Shown: in pieces, positions 13,560 to 27,545 of the stretch | Position numbering within the stretch: position 1 is the stretch's first letter | Layout: each line of letters begins with the position of its first letter | From: Eledone cirrhosa | Lineage: Eukaryota | NCBI GenBank assembly: GCA_964016885.1 | Contig: OZ024743.1 | Coordinates: forward strand, 146,444,001-146,508,000 | Reading direction: 5' to 3' | DNA length: 64,000 bases | Notes under the pieces: generated by a model | The model's database searches: none | What the model was told of the DNA's origin: nothing | Seen by the model: the letters and a program-made list of their open reading frames with translations, nothing else | Made by a program: the position numbers and the translations under genes

Positions 13560-14602
13560 GAACTTGTCATACAATGCTGCAGAATCTACTTGAAGATTAT
13601 GTAAATGATGCAAGTGTGTATGGGAGATTCAGCCACTTACATTATAATTGAATGAGTAAGTAGATTAGTTTATCAAACAACTAAAATAGTCATCCCAAAA
13701 ACTGGTGAAGGATCCATTTATTTTTACTATGTAAATAAGTATAGGAGATTCTATGAAGAGACTACTTACTATCAATGGGATTTTCATGTAAACGAATTGG
13801 TTATTGTTTCCTCCTGGTGCTCCTCTTCATCATCACGACCACCAGCCACAGCAGCAGTAGCACAACCACCACTATTGCAGCCACTACTGCCACCACAACT
13901 ACCTCCACCACTGCCATCATCGTCACCACCACCCCTACCACAACCACCACCACCACCACAGCTCTTGTCCCTGCCGTCATCGCCACCTCCTCTGTCACCC
14001 CCTTCACTGTTGCATCCCGCCATCACCATTCCTGTTGCCGCTGCTGCCATCACCACCACCACCACCACCACCATCACCACCACCACCACCAATAGCACCA
14101 CTTTTATAGTACTGTCTTTCTCTTTCTTCAAATCTGTCACTCCAGTTCACAGTTTCCACCATTCTTTTAATAATGTAATCACTTAAGCCAAGATTTAATG
14201 AACAATTGCCCTCAAACTGATAAATAACCAACAAATAGGAAAAACAAAACAACAAAAATAAACAAACAAAAATCATTAACAAAAACAAATGATTTGTGAG
14301 AAAAAATAACTGAAAAAATACAGACACAAAAAAAATTAGACAAATGCTGAAAGAAAAATTTAATAAAATTAACAATCAAAAACAACAAAGATTTAAAATT
14401 GCATAAAACCCAGTTAAATATTATTGAAAAAAAAAAGAAAAAAATAGAAAAGATAATTGTAAAAATAGAAAACAAAAATTCCACAAAAATAAAATAGCAA
14501 TAAAAAATTAATCATTAAATTAAATTTGCGTAACTAACTGTTGAGACTTAATAAAATTGGTGAGAATATCATTTTTGAATATAATGGAATTAATATTTCA
14601 TT

Positions 14603-14603
14603 A

Positions 14604-14662
<59 letters not shown>

Positions 14663-14727
14663 CAACATTCTTCTTCTTCTTCTTCTTCTTCTTCTTCTTC
14701 TTCTTCTTCTTCTTCTTCTTCTTCTTC

Positions 14728-14765
<38 letters not shown>

Positions 14766-14912
14766 GTATGTATGTGTGTGTGTTTGTGTATGTGTATGTG
14801 TGTGTATGTATCTGTATGTATGTATGTATGTATGTATGTATGTATGTATGTATGTATGTGTGTGTATGTGTGTGTGTATGTGTGCGTGTGTGTGTGTGTG
14901 TGTATGTATGTG
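14603..14912. repeat. Compound microsatellite (AAT)n(AAC)n(TTC)n(TGA)n(TGTA/TG)n
   Basis: Direct reading of sequence. Confidence 0.95.
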
Positions 14913-15606
14913 TAACTCATTTAACTTAATCAAGCGTGGAAAATAGATGTAAAACGGTGATGATGCTGATACATATATGAGATGACTGTGTAAATAAAGA
15001 GCTACTGCTTTTATTAGTTGTTCTTAATGGTGTTGAGCATATTTTAAACAGATTAAGATGTCAAGTGCACACATGCAAAGTTGAGAAATGAAAAATAAAA
15101 GGATTCATCGTTAGAGGTAGCACAGAAGAGAAAGTGTTGTACTGTTGAGCAGATATATGACAAAGTATTCCAGTTACAACCACCACATCGTTATTTTCAA
15201 GCATAGTGTTAATGTTAGAAATTTTTTTCTTTTACCATGGACAACACAGAAATTTTACATTTTGTTCAAGCATAAAATCCATTATTTTAAAAATAGAATT
15301 TTAATGTATTGGCATACTTGGCAGAGCAGCAGACAAAATATCTTGCAGTGTTTAGTAATATTCTTTTATGTTCTGAGTTCAAATTCTGCCAAAGTCAAAA
15401 ATAAGTACCAGTCAACCACTATCCCACATACCCCTACTGAAAAAAATATGGCATTGTGTCTATGTTAAAAATCAATATAATTTTGAAACTCTTTATAAAA
15501 AGTGAACTTGATTAATAGGTTTTGAACTAGAATATGTGAAACAGTTCTAACCTTAATCCATTTACATAAGTAAGTAGGCAAGTAGGCCGGTTTAAATGCT
15601 AAAGGG

Positions 15607-15836
15607 TTAAACCCATTAGCATTTAAACCGGCTATATCCGGCCAGAATTCTCTCAACTATTTCTGTTTAAACTGGCCATAACTAGCTGCTCATACATATT
15701 TTAAGGTAGTTTTCTCAAAACAAATAATATCAAAATCTCATAGATTCGATATTATGTGAGATAATTATGTGAAATAAAATGTTTACCGTGAAAATACAAT
15801 AGTAAACATAGAGTAATATAATTGCTAAGGGGTTAA
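15607..15836. mobile_element. Putative piggyBac-like MITE flanked by TTAA, abutting the end of a second copy
   Basis: ttaa-acccattagca ... tgctaagggg-ttaa; upstream ccggtttaaatgctaaaggg shares the TTAA. Confidence 0.5.
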
Positions 15837-16944
15837 TTATTTATATACTGCATTGTGTCTGTGGCCAAGTTACTTAACTTTTAATGATAAAGTCCACATT
15901 GATCTATGTTGTTGTTTAGCCCCAGGAGAACCTGATTGAGCTGATCTATGCTCAAAGGTGATTACTCCAACCATACTCTTCCTATCAACCTTTATAGTAA
16001 AACAATAGACTCCAAGGAAACTAGTGATGCTCTGCTTTATAACTGTCTCTTCTTCCTCATGGCATACAATTTAATTGCTCCTTTTGAACTATTTGTATAT
16101 AATTTTATATACCTGAGACTACAATATGTTCTTTTTTAAGACATTTGGGTAACTTTTTTACCCTTGTGGAACCCTTGAAATAGTTTTCATGTCTCAGGGA
16201 GTAAAAATCATTTTATACCATTATTACAGGTAATAATCTAGTTTTAAATAATATAATAGGTTGAAGCCTTTATTACAATAACCAAGGATTTTCTAACAAT
16301 ATGCTGTACATGTATTGTAAAATTACACATAAAATTAAATAAAACTTACTCAAAAATGCATTAGCTTATTTATCAGTGTTTCAAAACTGCTTAGTTTTAT
16401 AATGGTATATCAATTTAGGTACTTGAATATTTCACTCTTCTTGTAGCTATTACTCTGTGATTTTTAAGTATGAGATATTACTTTTGGTAATATCATAGCA
16501 AGGTAGTGCAGCCATATGCTAGTTCAATTGTAATCAGCTAAAACATTCAGCATCATAAAGACTACACATCTGTATTTATTGCAAATGGCAGATGGCTACT
16601 CTTCAAATGACCAGAAGTAGCAATTTTAGGCATTAACCTGTGCTTTAAGAATTTAGTCTTTTTTCTTTCTGGACTAATAGTTATTGAAAATAGCTTCATT
16701 GCCACATTCATTTGACATCCTATTAGTAGTTGCTGTTTATTAGTACCAGGGCAACCATGATTGAGATTTATGTTCAAAGGAATTCAAACCATAAACATTC
16801 CACATTATTGTTTGTTTATGAGCACATAATTATCCTTCTTTATTGTGTTGGTAGGGTGTGCTCAGATGATGATTTGGCGGCTATTCCTAGAAAGTCAAGT
16901 AACCATGGATAGTCTTCCTCAGCTTATTCACATTGGGAAAGGTA

Positions 16945-17470
16945 TATACAGGATGACTAAAAAACAACAGGGCCCCATTTTTATTTTTGTCTATATTATT
17001 CATTTTTTTGACAAAAACTAATGTATTTAGTTCAAACCCCTTAAAAATAATTCATTTTCTTTTGATGTTTTTATTCTGAGTTACAGCATCTGTTCCAAAT
17101 GATCTCCATTTTGAATCATTGCATTTTTAGGTGCATGGTGAAGTTTAGCATAACGTTTTTACAAACAGACCTAGGGATGGCTCTGATCTCCTCCCTGATG
17201 TTTTCCTTTAGTTCAGTGATGGTCCTGGGTTTGTTGACATATACCCAATCTTTTCTTCAAATAGCCCCAAAGAAAGAAATTTGGGTGGACTTGAATCAGG
17301 GTTGTGTGGGGCCCACACAAAATCAGTCTTCAAACTGATTACATAATTTCCAAAATTATTTTTCAGCCTTTCTCACAACTCATTGGAGATGTGAGAGCTT
17401 GCTCCATCTTACTGGAACCAGAACTTATTCATTAGAGATGGGTACATAGTCAGTAGCTCCTTTTTAAATT
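16945..17470 (-). pseudogene. C-terminal fragment of a rosa/DD41D-like Tc1/mariner transposase
   Basis: Minus-strand motifs WFQ*DGASSH, FFLWGYLK, VYVNKPRTITELKENIREEIRAIP; ta-cagg terminus near 16947. Confidence 0.75.
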
Positions 17471-17669
17471 TTTCCAGTTGTTTTTGAGTCATGCTGTATA
17501 TGGAAATGCATTTATTACAAATAATCCATACGAATATCAAAGTTTATACAACTATCAAATCTATATTAGTAATGGAAAAATTTGGTTGAGTCCCAGCCAT
17601 TTTCATGGCAAGTGGATAACGTCAAGAGCTCAGCCATTGGGAAGTAACTCATTACAATCAATATATGAA

Positions 17670-17733
<64 letters not shown>

Positions 17734-17800
17734 TATATATATATATATATTTTTATATGTGTGTGTATATATGTTTGTATGTATATATATATGTATGTAT

Positions 17801-18372
17801 CCCAGTACAACCTGTCTCGAGGTCGGGTCGTTGGCGACTAAACTGGCAACCCCACCAAGGTTTCTTGGTGAGGAGGGTGACTTTGGACATTCTGCAGGAC
17901 TAAAAACAAAACTTGTCAAAGGGCAAAGGAGCTCTTAAGAGTCAATGGCCATCCAAAATCACCGGGAGAGATGACCCCTGAGCCTTTGTTAAGGCAGAAT
18001 TCTAGGAGAAGGAAAACTCTGATATAACACCTGCAACCCTGATGGTATCCAATGATGTTGACCTGTTCTTCTTTTTGGTAAATATCATCTTGGTTAAGAG
18101 AGTGGGACTGGCTTTGTGCAGTGCTTTTGCTCACTATAAAAGCTTCACGGCACAGGCATTGCTTTATATCTGGAGATCTCTCTGCACTTGTCGTCACATG
18201 GTACCATGGGCCCAGCACTGTGTCAATAATTGTCACAAGTGTAGTGTTTGTACCAGAGTTTTCAAGTCGCTGGCTGGACTAAAAAGTCACACTCGATCAG
18301 CGCATCGGTAGGGGTTCTCCTACATGGATACAAAGTAGTGGCTGTACTCGAAAACGAGTTGGCAGTCCCCAT
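17801..18372 (+). mobile_element. Internally deleted RTE element (5' UTR joined to C2H2 3' end)
   Basis: RTE-like 5' UTR followed by CSVCTRVFKSLAGLKSHTRSAH(R)* C2H2 terminus and a ctcgaaaacgag 3' hairpin; flanked by ATGT/TA repeats. Confidence 0.6.
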
Positions 18373-19328
18373 GTATATATATACATATGATGATGATACA
18401 TATATAAATGTATAAAAAGAAAAGAAGAAATTCAACTGGGAATTTTTCCTTTATTTACTTAATGCATAACATTGATTTTAGGTTTCATCTTATTTTCATA
18501 ATTCTGATTGTTAAAGTGCCATACATCCCAGTGAATCTGAGTGAATTTGTCTGTAATTGTTTTTATTAATTAATTTTATTATCATTATTACTATTGAGCA
18601 GTATTATGTGAAGGTAGATTAGCTCATCAGCTTCCTGGCAGGTTTAAAGTTTAGTTTCAGCGATAAAACTGAATGTTTCAAGTCATTTAGTTATTCCAAT
18701 TAGCACAATAATAAAGAATGAAGTGAGTGAAACAACTACAACAATGATAAATAAATAAATCAGATAAATAGAAAAAGGCAAAAAACATAACAAACCATGA
18801 GATATTTATATAAGAAATCTAGACAAAAAAAAAAAAAAAAAGAGAATAAAGGAGCAAAAATGACAAAAAAGAAGTTAGAAAATGACAAAAGAAAAAAAGA
18901 ATATATATATATATATATATATGTATATAAACATATATATATATGTATATATATATATGCACACGCATATATATACATACACACATATATATATATATGC
19001 ATATTCATACATTATATATATATATGAAACATTTTACTTCTTCAGGACTATTTATTATGTTTAGCTTATTCACAGCAGTCAGGTTAAAATACCTTAAAGC
19101 CAACACATGTATAATATCAATTAACATACTTAAAGTGAATATGGGATGGAAGATACAGGAAGGTAGCCTTGTGCATTTCCGTTATAGAAAGGAAGCTGGT
19201 CAAGAGGGGAAAATTTTGATTTCGATTTGTATTTTTCATTGTTTCATTCCTGGTTTACTTTTTGTTCTTATGTTCTTTTCTTCCTTTCTCACTTGTCTTA
19301 TATATATATACTTTTTGGTAGATTTATC

Positions 19329-19331
<3 letters not shown>

Positions 19332-19400
<69 letters not shown>

Positions 19401-19458
19401 TATATATATGTATATATATGTATATATATGTATATATATGTATATATATGTATATATG

Positions 19459-19537
<79 letters not shown>

Positions 19538-19578
19538 ATATGTATATATATGTATATATATATATATGTATATATATG

Positions 19579-19609
<31 letters not shown>

Positions 19610-19682
19610 GTATATATATCTATATATATATATATGTATATATATGTATATATATGTATATATGTATATATGTATATATATG

Positions 19683-19723
<41 letters not shown>

Positions 19724-19736
19724 GTATATATGTATA

Positions 19737-19810
<74 letters not shown>
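19332..19810. repeat. Long (TA)n/(TATG)n microsatellite
   Basis: Direct reading; explains ORFs at 18943-19905. Confidence 0.95.
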
Positions 19811-20499
19811 TGTGTGTATATATTTACATTTTCTTCTTGTTTTCTTTAACAATGTGTTTTTTGCCGAAAGGTTTGGATCTGTTAGAATATGAATCAGAAG
19901 AATAAGAATAAGAAAAAATAAAGCAATAAAGATGAATAAAATGACAAAAAAAAAAGAACCAAAAAAGCAAAAGAAAACAGATTCTTAATAAAGAGGAAAT
20001 GAAAAGAAAATTGGTAAATAAAGAAGTAAACAACAAACAAAAAGACACAAAAAAAACTATGTATGAGAAAAAGAAAAGAAGCAAATATACAACCGTGAAG
20101 ATTATAGTTAGAAGTGTCCATTTAAAAAGATCAGTTATGTTGTGGCTTTTTGTGTGTTTAAAGGCTTGTTTTTAGATGAATGAATGCTTTATGATGTGTA
20201 GCAGCAACAGCAACTACAATAACAGTTGTAATAATATAAATGAATAAAGAAAAAGAGATAATCCTATCAAATGAAAATATATTTCTGATTCATTCAGATT
20301 CATTCAGATGCATTCATAGTAGCTGAGTATATTATGTTGCTTGATGTGAATCTTCATGTGAAAAATCCAATATGTGCTATATACACATGCTTACACACAC
20401 ACACGCACACACATGCGCGCGCGCGCACACACACAAACGCGCGCGCGCGCACACACACACACACGCATGCACACACACACACACACATGTATATAGGCT

Positions 20500-20958
20500 T
20501 ACCATTAGTTTCAGAAGGGAAAGTAGGATGAATGGGAGTTGAAACCAGGATCATGGGAGTTGACCACACGAATATTAAACAAGGTCTTAAGGGCCACAAT
20601 GTATGGGCTGTGTATTAAGGGCAAATGCGTTTTTTCTCTCTATCTGTGTCTGAGAGGGATAGAATGTAGTGTGCGAGAGAGGAGACTGAGGTGGTATGGA
20701 CATGTGATGTGCATTGAGGGTGACTGATGGGTGAAGAAGTGCCAGGAAATGCCAGTTGAAGGAAGACGTGGTAGAGATAGACCATGAAAAACATGGGCGG
20801 AGGTGGTGAGAACAGACCTCAGATCACTGAAGCTCACGGTGGAGATGACGAAGGACCGTGGCGAGTGGAGAGATGCTGTGCTGAATAAGACCCGTCCCAC
20901 CCTTGCGAGCAGGGAAGAGCGGACGTAAAATGATGATGATGATGATGATGATGATGAT
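20500..20958 (+). mobile_element. RTE-clade LINE 3' fragment
   Basis: VRERRLRWYGHVM...VEGRRGRDRP*KTW; ends gcggacgtaaaa(tga)n. Confidence 0.85.
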
Positions 20959-20999
20959 CAGCTAGAGTGTCTGGGTTTTTTTACTGCAAATATATTAAC

Positions 21000-21410
21000 A
21001 ATTGTTCATTTTCTTCTTAACTGTAGACAGCTCAAAACATCATTTACCATGCAGTCTTCTGCCTGTTCAAAGTTCTCTTTCCATAAGTCTATGTATGACA
21101 GACATCATTTATAAAAACTTCAAAATTCTTTCTTTCTTCAGTTTTTCAATACTTTCACCATTTTCTTTAAGTTTTCTCAAGAAAGCCATTGTATCTGAAG
21201 GCACAAATTCATAGTTCTTTTGTTGTTTTTTATTTGTAATCAGTCTTTGGATTTCTAGTTTGATATCTGCTGCATTGGAATTGTCATTCTCCATGGCCGG
21301 AATTGATTTGTTGATAAAGCTAAGATGCCTATGTACTAACCATAAATACATTTTTCCAAATCATTTAAAAAATTGTTCTTTGAAACAAAAGTAAGATTTC
21401 AAGCCAGCAA
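21000..21410 (-). pseudogene. hAT-like transposase fossil, C-terminal part
   Basis: GLKSYF...MYLWLVH..LSFINKSI..ME...FYK*CLSYIDLWKENFE resembles the hAT insertion/C-terminal region. Confidence 0.55.
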
Positions 21411-21414
21411 ATCA

Positions 21415-22340
21415 TCATCTTCATTTTGCGTCCACTTTTCCATGCTCCCACTCATTACATTCCTTCATCATCTCCTCTGTGAGCTTCAGTGATTGAGGTC
21501 AGCTCTCACCACTCCATTCAGGTTTTCCTTGGTCTTCCTCTATTTTGGCTTCCTTGCACTGGGATTTCTTGGCACTTCCTAATCAAGCGATCATGATCCA
21601 TGAGCATCACATGACCACACAGTCTTATTTCCTGTACATTACACCAGATTTCTTTTATACCCAGTTTCTCTCTCAGTTCATCCATGCATTGTTGTTAACA
21701 TACATTAACATAGCACATTCATCGAAGCATGCTCACTTAATTTCTCTCCAGCCTTCACATATCCTCTGTATTCATTGCTCATGTCTCACTACAATGAAGC
21801 ATTGCACATTGCACACAGACATCATACAGCTGGCTTTTTATTCGTAGAGTGAAAACTTTTGTTGTCAGCAGAAGTATTAGCTCCCTAAACTTCTTCCATC
21901 CTGTCCTTATTGTAGCTACTTTGCTCTCGGAGCCCCATCCTCCACTGCTAATTATATCACCTAGGTAGCAGAAGTTATCAACCACTTCTATGGATCTTTC
22001 TAGGATTGGAAAAGGTTTATATCACTGACACTCTTATGAATTAATTGTCTCTGAACATCTATTGCATACTAAATCTTCTTTACCCATTAGTCAGCCTGCT
22101 ATCCCACTATACCTCTCGTGTGCCCAATATTTGCATTGTGTACATCACATAGAGTTTCTACCTACTCCTTTTCTACATATTGAGCAAGGCCACTTGCCCA
22201 ATGGCATCAGGGCCTTGTCCTTTTCCCTACTTATTAACACTTTAGTTTTTGCTAAGTTTACTCTCAGACCTTTTGATTCTATGTTCTGTTTTCAAAGTTA
22301 GAATTTATTCTCTAATTCGTCCATAGATTCAGCTCTAAGA
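21415..22340 (-). mobile_element. RTE-clade LINE fragment with a Cys/His finger inside the RT
   Basis: NLAKTKVL...KWPCSICRKGVGRNSM*CTQCKYWAHER...CNRC..EVVDNFCYLGD..IRTGWKKFREL..LYDVCVQCAMLHCSET. Confidence 0.85.
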
Positions 22341-22499
22341 ACCTTCTGTCTGGCTGGTGCTTTGTTCCCACTACAAATCTCATCAGTAGTCTGTAATAGG
22401 TTGTCACATAAGTCATATATACCTAACTTGTCTTCCCTGTTCTTATGTTAGGCAGTGCATTCTTCTCAAGGGAAGGTCTTAATATTTATAAACATATAT

Positions 22500-22890
22500 G
22501 GAGGCACATGGCTTAGTGGTTAGAGGATTGGGCTTGCAATTGAAAGGTTGTGAATTCAATTCTCAGACCGGGTCATGTGTTGTTTCCTTGAGCAAGACCC
22601 TTTATTTCACATTGCTCCAGTTTACTCAGCTGTAGAAATGAGATGATAGGACTGGGGTCCCTATCATTCCACTGCAAAGTGGTCGTAGAGGTGCCACAGC
22701 AAAAAAGCACCCAGCCCACACTGTAAAGTGGACGTATAGGTGCCATGGAAAAAAAAAGCACCCAGCACTGAGGTTGGTGTTAGGAAGGGCATCCAGCTGT
22801 AGAAATCAAGCCAGAATCAGTTCCCGTCCCACCCTTGCAAGCAGGGAAAAGCAGACGTAAAATGATGATGATGATGATGATGATGATGAT
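22500..22890 (+). mobile_element. SINE family A copy with internal ~50-bp duplication
   Basis: Same head and tail as the 12578 copy; gtgccac..aaaaaagcacccagc unit duplicated. Confidence 0.85.
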
Positions 22891-23069
22891 CAGTGACAAG
22901 TGAAGAGATGCTGTTCTGAATAGGACCCGTCCAACCCTTGCAAGCAGGGAAAAGCGGACGTAAAATGATGATGATGATGATGATGACCTGTCTATCCCAT
23001 TTTCTAACAAGTAAGAAGTCAACCTGGCTGGTGTGTATATCCACACTTGTACTCCTTGACTTGTACCTA

Positions 23070-23510
23070 CTGACCAGGAATGTAATATCAAATAATCAAA
23101 CGCATCATTTTAACAACATTTTGATTCAAAGCATCTAGAGAAATTGTCATAAAATTTGCTCCTGTTAGTTCTTTTGCAAGCTCAGATTTAACCACTGGTG
23201 CAATTATATTTAAAATGATGGCTTTACATTTTGTCCATGCTAGATGTAACTCTAGCTCAAAATGTTCTCAGACCAACTTTGACGAACAGTCAAGTTATGA
23301 GAAAAGGCATGAAATGTAACAGTGGCTTCTTTAGCCACAATTCGATTATTTCTGACTTTGAAAAAGTATCTAATTGCAACAAACTAGCAACAAAACTCAC
23401 TTTGTGCCATTTTGATTTCAAATGGTTTTTAATATCTTTAGTATCTGACTTATCTCCATGCACCACAGAGAACTTGGCCAAACAGTAATAACATTTTATT
23501 CTGTCAACAC
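23070..23510 (-). pseudogene. hAT-like transposase fossil, N-terminal part
   Basis: AKFSVVHGDKSDTKDIKNHLKSKWHK (BED-like), AKEATVTFH..SHN, DCSSKLV, WTKCKAIILNIIAP, FMTISLDALN (first catalytic D). Confidence 0.7.
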
Positions 23511-23973
23511 AAATCTTTTTTTTTAGAAGAGGGTAATCCTTTTTGAGTTATTTTGTTAGTGTACATGCTCTTTTTGGCATTATAAAAATAAGTCAACATT
23601 TTTACAAGGAAATATGTATGAAATATCAAAATAAAGTGAAATATGAAATATTATCAAAATTGGTTTATTTTGGAACTCTCCAGCACCAGGACAAATTTAC
23701 AGTTAATAAAGTAGCAAGAAAAACAGTGATGAAATATGCAGATTGAATTGTCTATTCATGAAGAAATGAACAAATTTCATTGTTACTTAATCCAAAGTCT
23801 ATGTTTATAACTTGTGTGTGCACAGCAAAATAAAAATGTGAATACTCAGAGCAGGGAAGGTGTATATTTACATAAATGTGTGTGTGTGAAGGAAAAAGAA
23901 TTGAGTATAGTTGTCAAAAATCCAGTCCTCCATGGTTTGGTTAAGACAGAATAAAAGATGAGAGAGAGAGAGA

Positions 23974-24043
<70 letters not shown>

Positions 24044-24501
24044 TTTCATTTATTTAAAAGAGGTGACTTGTACAGTTTCTTCTAGTAATTTTGGTTAATT
24101 GTCTGTGGTATGAGTTGACTTGTCCAAGTTCTACTGTTTGTGTCCGTTTCTCATAGAAAATGTGTGTTATATAATGCATAACATGTTAGATTCCAGAGAT
24201 CTCCATTGTTTCTTTCAGCCCAATAAAATTCCCTGATGCCAATTAGTTTTTAGGGGGTCATCGGAATTTTCAATAGCCATCTGTTTCTTTTTTTTAGTGA
24301 TAGGAACAAATCTAAATATGGATTTTGTGTAAGAGTGAAGCAAGGGGTTTTAGTTTCCAATCCTGCCTGGGTTACTGCTATAAGTGTTTCATAATACACT
24401 AAAAAGCAGAGGTTACAAAAGTCAGAGGCAGAGTCCCTTCTTTAAGCCAAAAACCAATAAAAAGACAAGAACAATAGATTTCCATGATATACAGCCTAGG
24501 C

Positions 24502-25187
24502 CAGCGTTTCTCAACCTTATTGAACCCTTGAAATAGTTTTCAAGTCTCAGGGAACCCTTGCATAAAATTTATCATATCATCATCATCATCATCATCATCA
24601 TTTTACGTCCGCTTTTCTCTGCTTGCAAGGGTGGGATGGGAACTGATTCTGGCTTGATTTCTACAGCTGGATGCCCTTCCTAACACCAACCTCATTTACA
24701 GTGAGTGCTGGGTGCTTTTTTTTCCGTGGTGCCTACACGTCCACTTTACAGTGTGGGCTGGGTGCTTTTTTGCCGTGGCACCTCCACAACCACTTTGCAG
24801 TGGAATGATAGGGACCACAGTCCCTATCATCTCATTTCTAGAGCTGAGTAAACTGGAGCAATGTGAAAAAGTGTCTCGCTCAAGGAAACAACACATCACC
24901 CGGTCTGAGAATTGAACTCACAACCTTTCGATTGCAAGGCCAATGCTCTAACCACTAAGCCATGTGGCTCCATATACCTTATTAATATCTATCTCTTTTA
25001 TATTTTTATTATAATAACCAAGGATTTTCCAACAATATGCTGTATGTGTATAGTAAAATTACGATTATAAAATTAAACAAAAATGACTAGAAGATGTATT
25101 AGCTTATTTATTACTGTTTCTTGCAGAACCCTTAGCAACCTCTTGCGGAACCCTAGAGTTCTGGGGAACACTGGTTGAGAAACGCTG
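24502..25187. mobile_element. hAT/Charlie-like MITE interrupted by a SINE
   Basis: Perfect 15-bp TIR cagcgtttctcaacc / ggttgagaaacgctg; 8-bp TSD gcctaggc / gtctatgc; a partial second copy lies at ~16165-16400. Confidence 0.8.
24577..24971 (-). mobile_element. SINE family A copy nested in the MITE
   Basis: Reverse complement of the 22500 copy, including the internal duplication. Confidence 0.85.
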
Positions 25188-27545
25188 GTCTATGCTGTAC
25201 TCTTGTAAGGAAATGATGCAGAAAATTCTTGTAGCTGCTAAGTTTTCATATATTATGGTAAAATTCAGGATCTGAGGAAGCTAGTAAAAGTCTGTCCTCT
25301 GGAAAATTTATAGAAGAGTTTGATAAGTTCTCTTGTTATAAGGAAAGAGAAATCTAATGTTTTGGGCTCTTATTCTTTGTCTGCAAGCGACAAGAGTGAG
25401 AAAGGAATGTTATCACTTTGACTTCAAACCATGTTGTATCTAGTTTTCAGAAAAAATATTTTTTTGGGGAATCTAAGTATTATATATTAGTACTAAATTA
25501 TTTCGTATCATATCAGACAGAGCTTTTGTGGAATAATCTCCATGGATTATGAGTCAATTGAATTCAAGATTTGTAAACCTTATAACATTGATTCCACAAG
25601 ATTTTTGCAGGATCATATTGAAAGAAGCTGATAAGATCTGATTAGGTTTAAAAATAAATCCTTCAGCTGTTAGACTGTTAAACTTGTTTGTTGAATCTAA
25701 GTGTTATAATCTCCACATTGTTTTATACATTTTGTGTTTGAATTATCTCCAGGAGTTTAGCTATGCTTGGAAGCAGAAACATGAAAGTATGTGTGTTTAT
25801 ATGTGTAACAATATTATAATGAAGGTCTAATATATTTAAGTCCTATTCAAAATAGTAAATCAGTTTATTTCAAATTACAGAGAATTGCAGAGACTTGTTT
25901 AATTACACTTGAATGCAATTAACATTGCATTTCAATATTGCTAATTTGTTTTTTCATCTAAGAAACACATGCAAAAGGGACAGGACAAACTGAAAAAATG
26001 AGTTGGACACGGAAATTTTTACAGTTCAATGTGAACTGTGAGATTTTGCAATAAGCTTATTTACACTTAATTTTGTATGTGATACATGCGTAAATGCATG
26101 TGTGTGCACATTTGTATGGGTGTGTGTATACAAAGCTGCTTCCCTGTGTGTGTATGAATGTCTTTGTATGAGATTATGTATGTGCATGCATATGTGTATG
26201 TATATATTTAATATATACAGTATTTTAAATTTAGTGTAGTGCACATCCACAAAGTACCCAGAAGAATTAAATAACAATTTTACCAATTTATAATTTTAAG
26301 CTTATAAACTATAATTGCAATAATTAAACTCAATTGTATTGATTATTATACCTCTCTCTCTTTCTGACACACACTTGTTATCTTTCACCCCTTGCCACAC
26401 TCATTTATTTATAGTTGAAAATAAAGTACTTAGGATTGATACAAACTTTTATATATAACATTGCTGTGAGCAGAGGTTGTTTGACTTTAGTTGAAAGAAA
26501 TTCGAAACAAGTCACAATATATTCTAATTACTCAATGAAAAAAGTGTGAGACTGATGATTGTTATTGCTGATGTGAAAGAAAGCTGGGCACTGGCACTAT
26601 CAGGAGGAATATGTTGCCTTAGTTAATCCTGACAAGATCATTGAAATGACTCTGGCATGTTATTAAATGGAGGTGAAAGTGTGGTGGGCATTTATCTATA
26701 GATAAGTCTTGAACTGACGTTGGTGTGACAAAGAAGATAATGTTCATAAATTTAGGTATTGTCTTTTTTCTAAATGAAATTAATTTCCCCTATTGTTTGA
26801 ATATTTTTACTAACCCCACCTCAACTTAAGATTGGAGGGAAAAGAAGTAAGAAATCATGTAACAAAGAAAGCAGTGGAATTGATGAATGATATTTTAAGT
26901 CAGATAGACATATTGAAGATAATTGATGCAAGGATGGGTTGTTTAGCCTGAGGTCAGATATGATCAAGCAAACCTAAAATCAAAAACTGAATAGCCAAAA
27001 TGATCCTATCCTTTTAGAGGAATACAGGACATAAGTATTGAACACATAAATTTACTCTTATTTAATATGGGGAAAATTAATTTGAGGGATATTTAGTTGT
27101 CAAGAGATCATGCATAACCTTTATATTGAGATGGCATTTGTATCATGATGATGTCATGATCATTATAAATTGAATATTTCAGAACAATATCACATCCTCT
27201 TAATGAGCAAAAGTACTTTGTGTTGGTGATAGGGATGAAGTAAACCTGTTATGAATTTAGATAATAAAACAGATTGAATTTAACAATAGATGATAATGGT
27301 GCACTAATTAATTATATACTGCTCTACCTATTTTTAATAGAAAGATGAAAATAACAGCAACTACACAAAACATTTAGGTGTGAGGAAATAGTGCAGTAAT
27401 TGTTGTTTGGCTGAGAGGGTTGGGATATGATTTTGAAGGACATGTTTGAATTTAATTTATGGCTGAGATGGTATGGCTTTGTGGGTAGGATTGGATGTAG
27501 GGTTATAATTTGTGCTTGCTAGAGCTTGTGGATAGTATGAGTTTA

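Noticed and set aside
13775-14484. Gly/Thr/Pro/His-rich ORFs on both strands
   Set aside because: Decayed (CCA)n repeat open in many frames; no recognisable domain or clear splice signals. An exon cannot be fully excluded.
11470-17470. Joining the two rosa-like transposase fragments into one element
   Set aside because: The order on the minus strand is wrong (C-terminus upstream of N-terminus).
18943-19905. 320-aa ORF and other YI/CV/HT-rich ORFs (e.g. 7406-8102, 14534-14946, 62592-62932)
   Set aside because: Translations of dinucleotide or trinucleotide microsatellites.
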